A DNA stretch of 52,787 nt from the NCBI GenBank assembly GCA_964363045.1, contig CAYIGM010000002.1, positions 1 through 52,787 of the forward strand. The letters run 5' to 3'. A program made the translations under genes and the position numbers. The stretch is from an uncultured Candidatus Saccharibacteria bacterium (GTDB lineage: Bacteria; Patescibacteriota; Minisyncoccia; GCA-002772825). Of this stretch, positions 27,701-35,518 are shown piece after piece (the first letter of the stretch is position 1; each line of letters opens with the position of its first letter). Below the pieces are notes generated by a model. That model saw only the letters and a list, made by a program, of their open reading frames with translations. It made no database searches and was not told where the DNA came from.

Positions 27701-28272
27701 GTGCCAACTGTAGTGGTACCGCCTGTGGTTGTTGTATCACCAGTAGTTGTACCGCCAGTAGTTGTGCCCGCGCATGTTCCATAAAGAGCATTCAATTTAG
27801 CTCTGGTAGAAGCGCCGACATAACCTGTTCCCGATGTTAGGCCAACCGGGGCCAAAACATCAGAGGCGTATTTGTTCTGGAATTTAATAACGGCTGATTT
27901 CGTCAAAGAACCGAAATAACTTGATTCGCTTCCTGGTGAACCAGCTCCGCTTGAAGCAATCTGTGTAGCTGAATCAGAGTTTAGAACCTTCTGAAGATTC
28001 ATAACATCTGAACTAGACTGACCTTGCTTCAAATTCGCACCGAATGTATATCCGCAAACTACTCCTGTGGCAGAAGCTCCGCCTGTGACACCTGACATCT
28101 GTGTCTGTAAAGCTGAGATCTGAGCAAGAAGATTTGCAATCTGTGACTGAAGCTCTTCCGTTGTTGCCGCGCCTGATGTATTTATAATACCACCAAACAT
28201 CATAACAGCAGTTGTAAGACCTAAGGTTACAGAAATTACTTTACTTAACCTAGATTTCTTAAATCTACTCAT
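24721..28272 (-). CDS. Giant cell-surface protein: signal-anchor, coiled segment, PG_binding_1-like domain, T/G-rich linker and an array of divergent Ig-like repeats
   Basis: The N-terminus is a TM segment followed by ELQSQIANLLAQISALQTQ. SSSDVMNLQKVLN...YFGSLTKSAVIKFQNKYA matches the peptidoglycan-binding fold. Recurrent (V/I).(K/A)G..(K/R).(I/F).(I/L).G(D)(I/L)A blocks occur about every 100 aa. Confidence 0.85.
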   Translation of the reverse strand: MSRFKKSRLSKVISVTLGLTTAVMMFGGIINTSGAATTEELQSQIANLLAQISALQTQMSGVTGGASATGVVCGYTFGANLKQGQSSSDVMNLQKVLNSDSATQIASSGAGSPGSESSYFGSLTKSAVIKFQNKYASDVLAPVGLTSGTGYVGASTRAKLNALYGTCAGTTTGGTTTGDTTTTGGTTTVGTGLTVSSVAQPAATLAVNSAANLPFTKVALTASTDGDITVNSILVERTGLAQDAVFSGVVLLDENGNQIGIAKTLNSLHQATAGDSFVVKAGQTRTITIAGNMVADNSTRAGQVAYLSVVGVNTSVNVSGALPITGAGHTINASLTIGSVAMSLGSLNPGSSQSKEIGTTGYTFTSVNVTAGSAEKVRLKSIRWNQSGSAASSDVANIKTYVDGTAYDVEVSSDGKYYTSNFSSGIVIDKGGFKEVSIKGDIAGGSGRGIDFDIYKTTDINIVGETYGYGITPPNGTDTSGTDDGAFHQSTNPWYDAYEVTVSTGSLNVQKASTVAAQNIAENVADQALGGFLVEAKGEQVSVANLIFNFLIVRTSGTTQGVNDITSITLVDENGNVVAGPVDGSGTGTGGTATFADTVTFPVGQHLFTLKGKIGTDFVNNDTVQASTTPSSNWTTVTGQTTGNSITPSPTSAVSANTMTVKSGSLAISVSPDPAAQTVVAGGSFIFANYYFDATASGEDIRMSSVPLAYGVSGDGSATSLTSCALYDGSTKLTTGSNAVNPSAAGSSTSFTFDGTGLVVSKGIVKTISLNCDIAGNASGKYMWGVDSAATFASTGLTSGQSITPTATDSNGQLITLASGGSFTVTLDTGKSPSSKEAGVAGTTGNVMGVLKFHATNEAINISRVALQITSASTSRNDIARLTLHDYDTGAQVGEAFFTTANNATSTLTSTFQVPKDSDKYMTIKVDLATIGTTGLGTQGHLVTVDYDGADSTGTRGTGVNSGTTIDTSSTADTAVNGLRLFKSLPTIAKVSVPTNTLSNGTKSLLRFKITADTAGDVGLYKFTVQVSTTTAVITNLNAYAYSDSAFSTPVSGVNAGGKMMNSDKATMQNSTDINIIADLAGTATNIQIPAGQTRYFEVLATVASSAAGASVSTQLQGDAAYPQLASFMGNVTLVDDEAGSNDDFIWSPNATTTSVNSNNDWTNGYNVTGLPGTNLTAEVLSQ

Positions 28273-28755
28273 AAATTTCTTTCTAATTAATAATCTCGTT
28301 GTGTTTTATCTCGTCTCATTTATTTCGCTTGGCGAAATAAAAATAATTCAATAAAACATTTTCAAGACTATCGTAAGCATAGAGGAATTTAAGTTCGACA
28401 GTTCCTAAATAATTCTATGCAACTACTAATAATTACTAATTTAATTAACCCTCATACTTTCCTGCCTTTACAGACAAAAAAGAATAAGAAGAAATTACAA
28501 TAAAATAAACTTTTTAACTAATCTGAATTTCAATCTTTTCATCCGTAAATATTTTTTTTTCAATGTGCCCTCTTTCATTCTGACCCGCCGGACAATATCG
28601 CAAAATAACAGACGACCAGTCAAATCAATCTATTCAACTTAAACACATTATAAATCGTCGCGTATCGCTTTCAAAATTATAATGTGGATAACTCAAATCC
28701 TTATAAAAACAAGCCGGGGCTGATAGGCTCTAGGCTTATATTTAAGGCACTTTAC

Positions 28756-28785
28756 AGTATATATTTTCACGGCCCCTAAAGTCAA
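28756..28785 (-). promoter_or_regulatory. Candidate distal promoter for the 1183-aa gene
   Basis: On the minus strand: TTGACT (28785-28780), 18-nt spacer, TATACT (28761-28756). This would give a ~480-nt 5' UTR. Other start points are not excluded. Confidence 0.3.
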
Positions 28786-28823
28786 TAAAAGTCTAAATAA
28801 CAGCATATATTATAATATTGTAA

Positions 28824-28849
28824 ATCCCGTCGCTCACGAGCGACGGGAT
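28824..28849 (-). terminator. GC-rich hairpin downstream of the 267-aa gene (possible terminator)
   Basis: ATCCCGTCGCT / AGCGACGGGAT, an 11-bp stem with a 4-nt loop. The following tract is A/T-rich but is not a clean U-run. Confidence 0.45.
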
Positions 28850-28886
28850 AAACCCTTAATTAAAAACAACGGTTTCCGATCTGCTC

Positions 28887-29690
28887 TTATTTTCTAACAA
28901 AATATTTCCTCCAACGTTTATTCCCCTCTTTTTCCATCAAGCCAATATCCACCACATGCAATAATCTGCGCTGGATTGTCTTTTGGCTTAGGTCCGGAAA
29001 ACCGGAAGAAATGTCCTTTATAGTGACATGACCATTTCTTTTCACAAAATCAATAATATCTTTTGATTGAGTGTCCTTTTGATTATCCGGCAAGTCTTTA
29101 TTATTAAAATTATCTTTATGTCTATCAACATTATTCCCTCCTTGTCTTAAATTATCTTTTCCTTTAATTCCATAATAACCGCTTGTAATGGACTTACTTT
29201 GTCCTTTATAAATTTCCTGTCCTTTATCCATTCCTTGTCCTTTATGCTGTCCATTATGTCCATAATACTCATTCGCCTGTCCTTTACCAAATAGACCGGC
29301 TTTATGGACATTATCGGACAATTCGGGAAACAATTTATCAGAAAACAATATCTCTTCTTCTTTGTCAGACTCTATAAGTTTGCCGATTTTTTCATATTCT
29401 CTTTTCAAAATTTCAAAATTCAATCCAACGATAAACCCGCTTACGCTTGCCAAATCAAGTAGATAAATCATCTTATTCAATAAATCAAAAATTCTAACAA
29501 AAGCCGTCGCTTTATCTTGTTGATTTTTATCTTTCAAAGAAACAATATTCATCAAAATATCCACTGAAACATCTCTAAGAGACCATTTAATGGGTTCTCT
29601 GTCCAGCAAAAAATCAGTCACCTTATATAGAGCATTCGTAATCTTCCCTATTCTTTCATTCAAATAATTGCCACCTTCCTCATTTATCAT
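28887..29690 (-). CDS. Hypothetical DNA-binding protein: helical N-domain, (K/N)GQ low-complexity repeats, C-terminal winged helix
   Basis: C-terminal TIKDISSGFPDLSQKTIQRRLLHVVDIGLMEKEG is wHTH-like. The middle region is GKGQANEYYGHNGQHKGQGMDKGQEIYKGQ. Confidence 0.6.
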   Translation of the reverse strand: MINEEGGNYLNERIGKITNALYKVTDFLLDREPIKWSLRDVSVDILMNIVSLKDKNQQDKATAFVRIFDLLNKMIYLLDLASVSGFIVGLNFEILKREYEKIGKLIESDKEEEILFSDKLFPELSDNVHKAGLFGKGQANEYYGHNGQHKGQGMDKGQEIYKGQSKSITSGYYGIKGKDNLRQGGNNVDRHKDNFNNKDLPDNQKDTQSKDIIDFVKRNGHVTIKDISSGFPDLSQKTIQRRLLHVVDIGLMEKEGNKRWRKYFVRK

Positions 29691-29786
29691 AATTTAAATT
29701 TAAAACTTAAAGCACAAAATGTAAAGCTTCCGTCCTGACCGGCAACAAATTGCCATTTTCCGCTTCTCGTTTTTCACTTTTCGCTT

Positions 29787-29792
29787 TATAAT
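29787..29792 (+). promoter_or_regulatory. Candidate -10 box for ftsK (leaderless)
   Basis: TATAAT 6 nt before ATG 29799. The -35 is weak. Confidence 0.35.
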
Positions 29793-29798
29793 AATCCT

Positions 29799-32030
29799 AT
29801 GGCAAAAAAACGCAAAAAAAACAATGATGCCGAAAAGTGGCACGCCGGAATAAAAGAAGAAACCAAACATTCAATCCTCGCTATAATTTCATTTGTCTTT
29901 GCTCTCTTCTTCACGCTAGCCGCTATAGGGAAAGCGGGAATAATCGGCGACTCGGTATTTAAATTTTTTGAATTTCTTTTCGGCAGAGGATTTTTCCTTT
30001 TGCCGATTTCTTTTTTTCTAACCGGCGTATCTTTTTTAACCTCATTCCGGCCAAACTTTATGCTGGCGACTTTCATCAGCAGCGGTTTTTTTCTCGCTTC
30101 AAGTTTAGGACTTACGGATTTAATTTTTAAAGACGGAAAATCCGGCGGCTTTGTGGGAAAAATTATTTCATTTCCGCTAGTAAAACTTTTTGATTTCTGG
30201 GTAAGCTTGATAATTCTCTTGGCCGTCCTGATAATCTCTCTCCTGGCAATGTTCAATCTGAGACTCAAATTCGGCTGGCCAGAATTTTTAAGACTCTCTT
30301 TCTTTAACAAAAAAAATGACTTTGAAAATACGGAGGATGAAGACGAAAGTGAAGGGGGCGATGAAGCTGAAGAAGAACTTAATCAAGACACCCCGCCAGT
30401 CAATGGAGAAATAAAAGAGAGACTGAAAGGGGCGGTAAACGCCGTAAAAGAAAAAATGGCCGGCAAAAAAGAAACGCCGGATAAAAGCGCGGAGCTTATC
30501 ATAGCGACAGGGTCCACTCTTTCGGGAAAAATATTTTCTCCCCCACCCCTTTCTCTGCTTGAAAGCGATAGAGGCAAACCGGCGGTCGGAGACACAAAAG
30601 CAAATTCCAATATCATAAAAAGAACTCTGCAAAATTTTGGAATTGAAACTGAAATGGGCGAAATATCCATAGGACCATCCGTGACGCAATATACATTAAA
30701 GCCAGCCGAGGGAATCAAACTTTCAAAAATAGTCGCGCTCCAAAACGACCTCTCGCTCTCCTTGGCCGCTTATCCTATCAGAATAGAAGCTCCCATACCG
30801 GGAAAATCGCTCGTGGGCATAGAGATACCGAACATGGTCAAAGCCATAGTCGGATTGGCGTCTCTTTTAAATGACGAGGAATATAAAAATTCTCCAACCC
30901 CCCTCCTCTTTTCCTTAGGCCGAGACATATCAGGCAAAGCCCTTTTTTCAAATCTGGCAAAAATGCCGCATATGCTTATTGCCGGCGCGACCGGTTCAGG
31001 CAAATCAGTGATGATCCACGCGCTTATCACATCGCTTCTTTATAAAAATTCTCCGGAAAATCTCCGTCTTATACTAGTGGACCCCAAAAGAGTTGAATTG
31101 ACGCTCTACAACAATATACCCCACCTGCTTACTCCAGTGGTGACAGAAGCCAAGAAAGCCATTCTCGCGCTAAGATGGGCGGCTCGAGAGATGGATAGAA
31201 GATATAATATACTTGAACAGCATGGCGCGCGCGACATCCAATCCTACCATAAAAATATACTAGCCCCGTATATTAAAAAGAATCAAAAAAAAGATTATGC
31301 TGACGAAGATGATCCATCTCAAGCGCCGGAGACTCTCCCGTATATAGTGATAATAATAGATGAATTGGCCGATATTATGTCCAGCTATCCCCGGGAACTG
31401 GAATCGGCGATAGTAAGACTCGCCCAAATGTCTCGAGCCGTGGGAATTCATCTTGTCATATCAACCCAAAGGCCTTCAGTGGATGTCATTACGGGACTTA
31501 TTAAAGCAAATATCCCTTCCCGCATAGCGCTCCAAGTCTCCTCTCAAATTGACTCTCGGACAATTCTTGATATGTCCGGAGCGGAAAAACTCCTTGGTTC
31601 CGGAGATATGCTCTATCTATCGGGCGATATGTCAAAACCAAAACGAATCCAATCCCCTTTTGTCTCTGAAAAAGAAGTCAAGAAAGTAGCGCAGTTTCTG
31701 AAAGATGAATATGAAAATGAAGCGCCGCCAGATATCAATTTATTTTCAGCTGAGAATAATCAGAATTCCGTATTCAGCCAAAAATTTGATGAAGAAGATA
31801 ATCTAAGCGGTGATGATGAATTATACGAAGAAGCCCGCCAATTGGTGATAGAGGCGGATAAAGCTTCATCGTCATATTTACAGCGAAAACTGAAGATTGG
31901 CTACGCCCGAGCGGCTCGGCTCCTTGACATACTTGAAGAGCGCGGAGTGGTTGGCCCCGCTGACGGTTCAAAACCGAGAGAAATATACAATGAATCAGAA
32001 GAAGACCGTTCAAAAGAATATGGTGGATAA
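29799..32030 (+). CDS. ftsK: DNA translocase FtsK
   Basis: N-terminal TM segments, acidic linker, motor domain with Walker A GATGSGKS and IIIDELAD, and a C-terminal gamma wHTH (SSSYLQRKLKIGYARAARLLDILEERG). Confidence 0.92.
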   Translation: MAKKRKKNNDAEKWHAGIKEETKHSILAIISFVFALFFTLAAIGKAGIIGDSVFKFFEFLFGRGFFLLPISFFLTGVSFLTSFRPNFMLATFISSGFFLASSLGLTDLIFKDGKSGGFVGKIISFPLVKLFDFWVSLIILLAVLIISLLAMFNLRLKFGWPEFLRLSFFNKKNDFENTEDEDESEGGDEAEEELNQDTPPVNGEIKERLKGAVNAVKEKMAGKKETPDKSAELIIATGSTLSGKIFSPPPLSLLESDRGKPAVGDTKANSNIIKRTLQNFGIETEMGEISIGPSVTQYTLKPAEGIKLSKIVALQNDLSLSLAAYPIRIEAPIPGKSLVGIEIPNMVKAIVGLASLLNDEEYKNSPTPLLFSLGRDISGKALFSNLAKMPHMLIAGATGSGKSVMIHALITSLLYKNSPENLRLILVDPKRVELTLYNNIPHLLTPVVTEAKKAILALRWAAREMDRRYNILEQHGARDIQSYHKNILAPYIKKNQKKDYADEDDPSQAPETLPYIVIIIDELADIMSSYPRELESAIVRLAQMSRAVGIHLVISTQRPSVDVITGLIKANIPSRIALQVSSQIDSRTILDMSGAEKLLGSGDMLYLSGDMSKPKRIQSPFVSEKEVKKVAQFLKDEYENEAPPDINLFSAENNQNSVFSQKFDEEDNLSGDDELYEEARQLVIEADKASSSYLQRKLKIGYARAARLLDILEERGVVGPADGSKPREIYNESEEDRSKEYGG

Positions 32031-32367
32031 AAACAAAATAATAATAAAAATCGCGGTCGGCTTGATTTTATTCATAATCGTTGCCGGTTATTCGTATTAT
32101 GAAATGAGAAATTTCCTCGCCGGGCCGAAAATAGAGATAATCTCTCCAAAAGACGGCGAGCTGAAAAATCAATCGCTTATAAATATAAAAGGAACGGCAA
32201 AGAATATCTCCAAGCTATTTTTAAATGACAGGCAAATATTCACTGACGAAAAAGGGGTTTTTAATGAAGAATTGCTCTTGTCTCTCGGCTATAATATAAT
32301 AGAAATCAAGGCCGAAGATAAATTTAACCGAGAAATTAAAAAAACAGCAAGAGTGACTTATAAATAA
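32020..32367 (+). CDS. Small membrane-anchored protein with a beta-sandwich-like ectodomain
   Basis: The ORF track opens at 31897 inside ftsK. ATG 32020 (or 31990) gives a basic N-terminus followed by a TM ([18 protein letters not shown]), with only an 11-nt overlap. Confidence 0.5.
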   Translation: MVDKNKIIIKIAVGLILFIIVAGYSYYEMRNFLAGPKIEIISPKDGELKNQSLINIKGTAKNISKLFLNDRQIFTDEKGVFNEELLLSLGYNIIEIKAEDKFNREIKKTARVTYK

Positions 32368-32377
32368 TAAATATTTT

Positions 32378-33391
32378 ATGGCAAAAGTAAAACAACAAAG
32401 AATCCAAACCGACAAAGACAGCAGTATAGAAGATACTCTGAAGCTCATAAAAACAAAATTCGGCGAAGGGGCGATAATGAAACTCGGCGAAACACCTAAG
32501 GTTGATATTGATGCAATATCAACCGGCTCAATCGGGCTTGATATGGCGCTGGGCGTGGGCGGCATACCACTGGGAAGAATTATAGAAATTTTCGGACCGG
32601 AATCATCAGGCAAAACTACGCTCTCTCTTCTTATAGCCGCTCAAGCTCAAAAGAAAGGCGGTTTATGCGCTTTTATTGACGCGGAACATGCGATGGACCC
32701 GGAATACGCAAAAAAACTCGGGGTCCAAATAAACGACCTTTTAATCTCTCAGCCTGATACTGGCGAGCAGGCGCTGGAAATAACAGAAAGCCTGGTTCGT
32801 TCGGGAAAACTAGACCTGATTATCATTGATTCAGTAGCCGCTCTTACCCCTAAAGATGAAATAGAGGGAGAGATGGGCGCATATCATGTCGGGAAACAGG
32901 CCCGTCTTATGTCTCAAGCCCTCCGCAAGCTCACCGCCATAGGCGCCAAAAGCAAAACTTCAGTGATTTTCATAAATCAAATCAGAATGCAGATAGGCAT
33001 AATGTTCGGCAATCCGGAGACAACGCCCGGAGGGAAGGCTCTTAAATTTTATTCTTCCGTTAGGATAGATATCAGACGCATCGCTCAAATCAAAAAAGGA
33101 GAAGATGTGATAGGAAATCGCGTCCGCGCCAAAGTGGTAAAAAATAAAGTTGCCGCTCCATTCAAGCAAGCGGAATTTGACCTTATCTTTTCTGAAGGAA
33201 TATCAAGAGAAGGAGAAATACTAGCCATAGGAGAAAAATACGAAATTGTGACAAAAAGCGGAACTTCCTACAACTTCGGCGAAGAGAAACTCGGTAGAGG
33301 GTATGACGCTTCTCGTCTTTTTCTTAAAGAAAATCCTAAGATTGCAAACGAAATAGAAAAGAAAATAAAAGAAGCGATGAAAAAAAATTAA
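32378..33391 (+). CDS. recA: Recombinase RecA
   Basis: GPESSGKTT Walker [17 protein letters not shown] and FINQIR blocks. Confidence 0.97.
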   Translation: MAKVKQQRIQTDKDSSIEDTLKLIKTKFGEGAIMKLGETPKVDIDAISTGSIGLDMALGVGGIPLGRIIEIFGPESSGKTTLSLLIAAQAQKKGGLCAFIDAEHAMDPEYAKKLGVQINDLLISQPDTGEQALEITESLVRSGKLDLIIIDSVAALTPKDEIEGEMGAYHVGKQARLMSQALRKLTAIGAKSKTSVIFINQIRMQIGIMFGNPETTPGGKALKFYSSVRIDIRRIAQIKKGEDVIGNRVRAKVVKNKVAAPFKQAEFDLIFSEGISREGEILAIGEKYEIVTKSGTSYNFGEEKLGRGYDASRLFLKENPKIANEIEKKIKEAMKKN

Positions 33392-33411
33392 AAAAACAAA
33401 GTCGTTCCATT

Positions 33412-33452
33412 CCCCTAGGTACACCTAAGGGAGACTTAGGGGTGGGATTTTT
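33412..33452 (+). terminator. recA terminator candidate
   Basis: CCTAAG-GGAGA-CTTAGG hairpin (alternative outer pairing CCCCTA/TAGGGG), followed by GGTGGGATTTTT. Confidence 0.5.
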
Positions 33453-33458
33453 AAAAAC

Positions 33459-33493
33459 GCAAAAGCCGTTCGTCATAAGCGAACGGCTTTTGC
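33459..33493 (-). terminator. Intrinsic terminator of the sigma / membrane-partner operon
   Basis: 14-bp stem GCAAAAGCCGTTCG / CGAACGGCTTTTGC, followed on the minus strand by GTTTTT. Confidence 0.65.
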
Positions 33494-33507
33494 GCAAATT
33501 AACTCTA

Positions 33508-33873
33508 TTAATTAAAACGACTCTTTATCCTTACAGGGATACTAAAATTAAAAATACCGCTAACAACGTCTTTCAAAAACATAAAAGCAAAAATAACAAT
33601 AAATAAGAAAAATAATTTGATTACCATCTCCGTATGCAAAAAAGCGCTTAATATAAATCCATAGACAGAAGCGATGTCAAAAAACGACGACAGATTATTA
33701 ACATTACTGATGACACTGCCAAAAGAGACATAAAGCGTCACCTGCCAAGCCGCAAGCAGGATTAAACCGTTTCTCAAATTAAAAGTCTCCCTAAAAAGCC
33801 AGATAGCGTAAACTCTCCTCATCACCCCTTTTTTAAATTGTATATCTTCTTTATAATTTTGCATCGTCTTCAT
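33508..33873 (-). CDS. Membrane protein, putative anti-sigma factor partner
   Basis: ATG 33873 forms an ATGA overlap with the sigma stop, whereas the track start at 33891 is TTG. Multiple TM segments. The function is inferred from position only. Confidence 0.45.
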   Translation of the reverse strand: MKTMQNYKEDIQFKKGVMRRVYAIWLFRETFNLRNGLILLAAWQVTLYVSFGSVISNVNNLSSFFDIASVYGFILSAFLHTEMVIKLFFLFIVIFAFMFLKDVVSGIFNFSIPVRIKSRFN

Positions 33874-34433
33874 AATACAACCTCGGCGCAAATCCGCTTG
33901 AACTCCTTTTTGGCGCGATATACTCTCGTCTTCACCATCTGCAGAGAAACGGCTTCAATCTTGGCAATCTCTTTCTGCGGTTTATCTTCCAGATAATACA
34001 GCGATAACACGCGGCTTAAACTTTTTGGCATTTTGGAAAATATTGAAATTATGAAATCCTCAATCTCGCCTTTACTAACATAATCAGAATCATCGGCGAT
34101 ATTCTCATAAAAACCCGCCCCCTCATCGACAAACCAGCTCCCCTCTCTTTGTTTCTTCCTGTAAAAAGAGAAACTCGTATTTAAAACAATTCTATAGGCC
34201 CAAGCTTTAAAACTTGCTTCTTCCATTTTTTTGAATCTGGGGGCGTTAAGATAAATCTTCATAAATGACTCTTGAACAATGTCTCTGGCCAACTCGTCAT
34301 CATGGATAATATCTTTTGCCTTGCGCAAAAAAGCATTCTGATACTTATTAACTATAATTTCAAAAAGTGAGGGTTTATCAATAGACAAGACTAATATCTC
34401 CTCATCGCTTTTTGTTTTATCTTCAAAATCCAT
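33870..34433 (-). CDS. RNA polymerase sigma factor, ECF (sigma-24) type
   Basis: Region 2 DIVQESFMKIY...AWAYRIVLN and region 4 KEIAKIEAVSLQMVKTRVYRAKKEF. Confidence 0.85.
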   Translation of the reverse strand: MDFEDKTKSDEEILVLSIDKPSLFEIIVNKYQNAFLRKAKDIIHDDELARDIVQESFMKIYLNAPRFKKMEEASFKAWAYRIVLNTSFSFYRKKQREGSWFVDEGAGFYENIADDSDYVSKGEIEDFIISIFSKMPKSLSRVLSLYYLEDKPQKEIAKIEAVSLQMVKTRVYRAKKEFKRICAEVVL

Positions 34434-34601
34434 TTTATTAAGTTAAAATCTATAATTATTTCTATTCTCTATCATCCATCTCTATCATCTCTATATTTAT
34501 TATAACACTTCAGAGACAAGAAAGGTTACACTATTTCTATTGAGGTTGAACCTCGATAATTACTAGACTTTTGGCTTAATGTGCTATAAAATAAGGCTGT
34601 T

Positions 34602-35180
34602 ATGGCGATGTTAGAATATAATGAAATAAAAGAGAGAAAACATATAATTTTTGAAGGCGAGCCTTATGAGGTGCTTGATTCTCATGTCTTCCGCAAGCAA
34701 CAGAGAAAACCGGTAAATCAGACCAAGTTGAAAAATATGATTTCCGGCAGGGTTGTGGAGCATTCTTTTCACCAAAGCGACAAAGCGGTGGAAGCGGAAT
34801 TGGAGACCAAACAAACAAAATATTTATATTCAAATCCAAAGAAAAATGAAGTTTGGTTCTGCTATGAGAATAAACCGAGCGAACGATTCTCTCTTTCTGA
34901 AAATGTTATCGGCCAATCGCTTAAATTTCTTAAAGAGAACAGCCTAGTGAATGCGATGATTTTTGAAGACAAAATCATAGACGTAAAGCTCCCGATAAAA
35001 GTGGAGCTTAAAGTGACCGAAGCGCCACCTTCCATCAAGGGCAATACCGCCCAAGGCGGAAACAAACAAGTGACTCTGGAAACAGGCGCCAATGTAAATG
35101 TTCCCCTATTTATAAATGAGGGCGATATCATTACCATCAATACCGAAACTGGAGAATACACAGACCGAGTGAGTAAATAA
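34602..35180 (+). CDS. efp: Elongation factor P
   Basis: Aligns without gaps to the EF-P N-domain (FEGEPYEVLDSHV...TKLKNMISGRVVEHSF) and the C-terminal GNKQVTLETGANVNVPLFINEGDIITINTETGEYTDRV. Confidence 0.92.
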   Translation: MAMLEYNEIKERKHIIFEGEPYEVLDSHVFRKQQRKPVNQTKLKNMISGRVVEHSFHQSDKAVEAELETKQTKYLYSNPKKNEVWFCYENKPSERFSLSENVIGQSLKFLKENSLVNAMIFEDKIIDVKLPIKVELKVTEAPPSIKGNTAQGGNKQVTLETGANVNVPLFINEGDIITINTETGEYTDRVSK

Positions 35181-35181
35181 T

Positions 35182-35206
35182 CACTTGGGCACCGAGTGGC
35201 CAAGTG
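35182..35206. repeat. Hairpin CACTTGG-N11-CCAAGTG between convergent efp and rpsR
   Basis: 7-bp inverted repeat. The arms are identical to those of the palindromes inserted in ileS (50121-50170). Confidence 0.5.
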
Positions 35207-35223
35207 GCGCTAGATAGAACAAA

Positions 35224-35424
35224 TTACCTGCCAATGAAAGGCAAAAGCGCCAAGAAACGGGCGCGCTTAATAGAGACGGTGAGTCTTCTCTGGTGCTTGG
35301 CGCAGGTGCCGCTTTTTCTCCTGTTTAATACGCGCGCCAAAGGGTCAATAAATTTCTTCAAAGTTTCCACATCTTTATAATCAACTGTTTTGACATTATT
35401 CGTACAAAAACTGCATTGTTTCAT
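35224..35424 (-). CDS. rpsR: 30S ribosomal protein S18
   Basis: CSFCTNNVKTVDYKDVETLKKFI...GTCAKHQRRLTVSIKRARFLALLPF. Confidence 0.93.
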   Translation of the reverse strand: MKQCSFCTNNVKTVDYKDVETLKKFIDPLARVLNRRKSGTCAKHQRRLTVSIKRARFLALLPFIGR

Positions 35425-35435
35425 TTTATTAGTTA

Positions 35436-35504
35436 TTAGCCGCTAGTATTTAGCCATTAGTAAATTTTTATCACTCATCGTCAACCCTAATGGCTAGTGG
35501 CTAA
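35436..35504. repeat. Imperfect inverted repeat built from TTAGCC(R)CTAG / CTAGTGGCTAA units in the ssb-rpsR spacer
   Basis: The left arm is TTAGCCGCTAG-TATT-TAGCCATTAG (35436-35460). The right arm is CTAATGGCTAGTGGCTAA (35487-35504). The same 11-mer occurs twice upstream of rplJ. Confidence 0.6.
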
Positions 35505-35518
35505 CGACTATCATCTAA

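Noticed and set aside
24721-28272. Visibly higher GC content of the 1183-aa gene as a sign of horizontal transfer.
   Set aside because: The protein is dominated by Thr, Gly, Ala, Ser and Val, whose codons force a higher GC content. Third positions still look A/T-biased, so composition alone does not support a foreign origin.
28552-28560. T9 homopolymer upstream of the giant surface-protein gene as a phase-variable promoter element.
   Set aside because: It is not positioned between recognisable -35 and -10 boxes, and runs of 7-9 A/T are common throughout this AT-rich window.
29198-29288. The KGQ-encoding AAAGGACAR units resemble the left arm (CAAAGGACAG) of the REP palindrome, so they might be REP-derived. 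The REP inside RAYT also encodes KGQ.
   Set aside because: Only the 9-mer is shared and no inverted partner arm is present. Two of the four copies use CAA rather than CAG. An ordinary tandem peptide repeat explains the pattern, so the REP link stays an unproven coincidence.
29786-30310. Antisense or overlapping ORFs in the track. Examples are 29786-30310, 30288-30718, 17710-18428, 34611-35203, 52148-52655, 4957-5277, 25184-26146 and many 60-110-aa ORFs.
   Set aside because: Each lies inside, and opposite or out of frame to, a long ORF with clear homology. Their products are low-complexity (K/R- or S/F-rich) shadows typical of AT-rich DNA.
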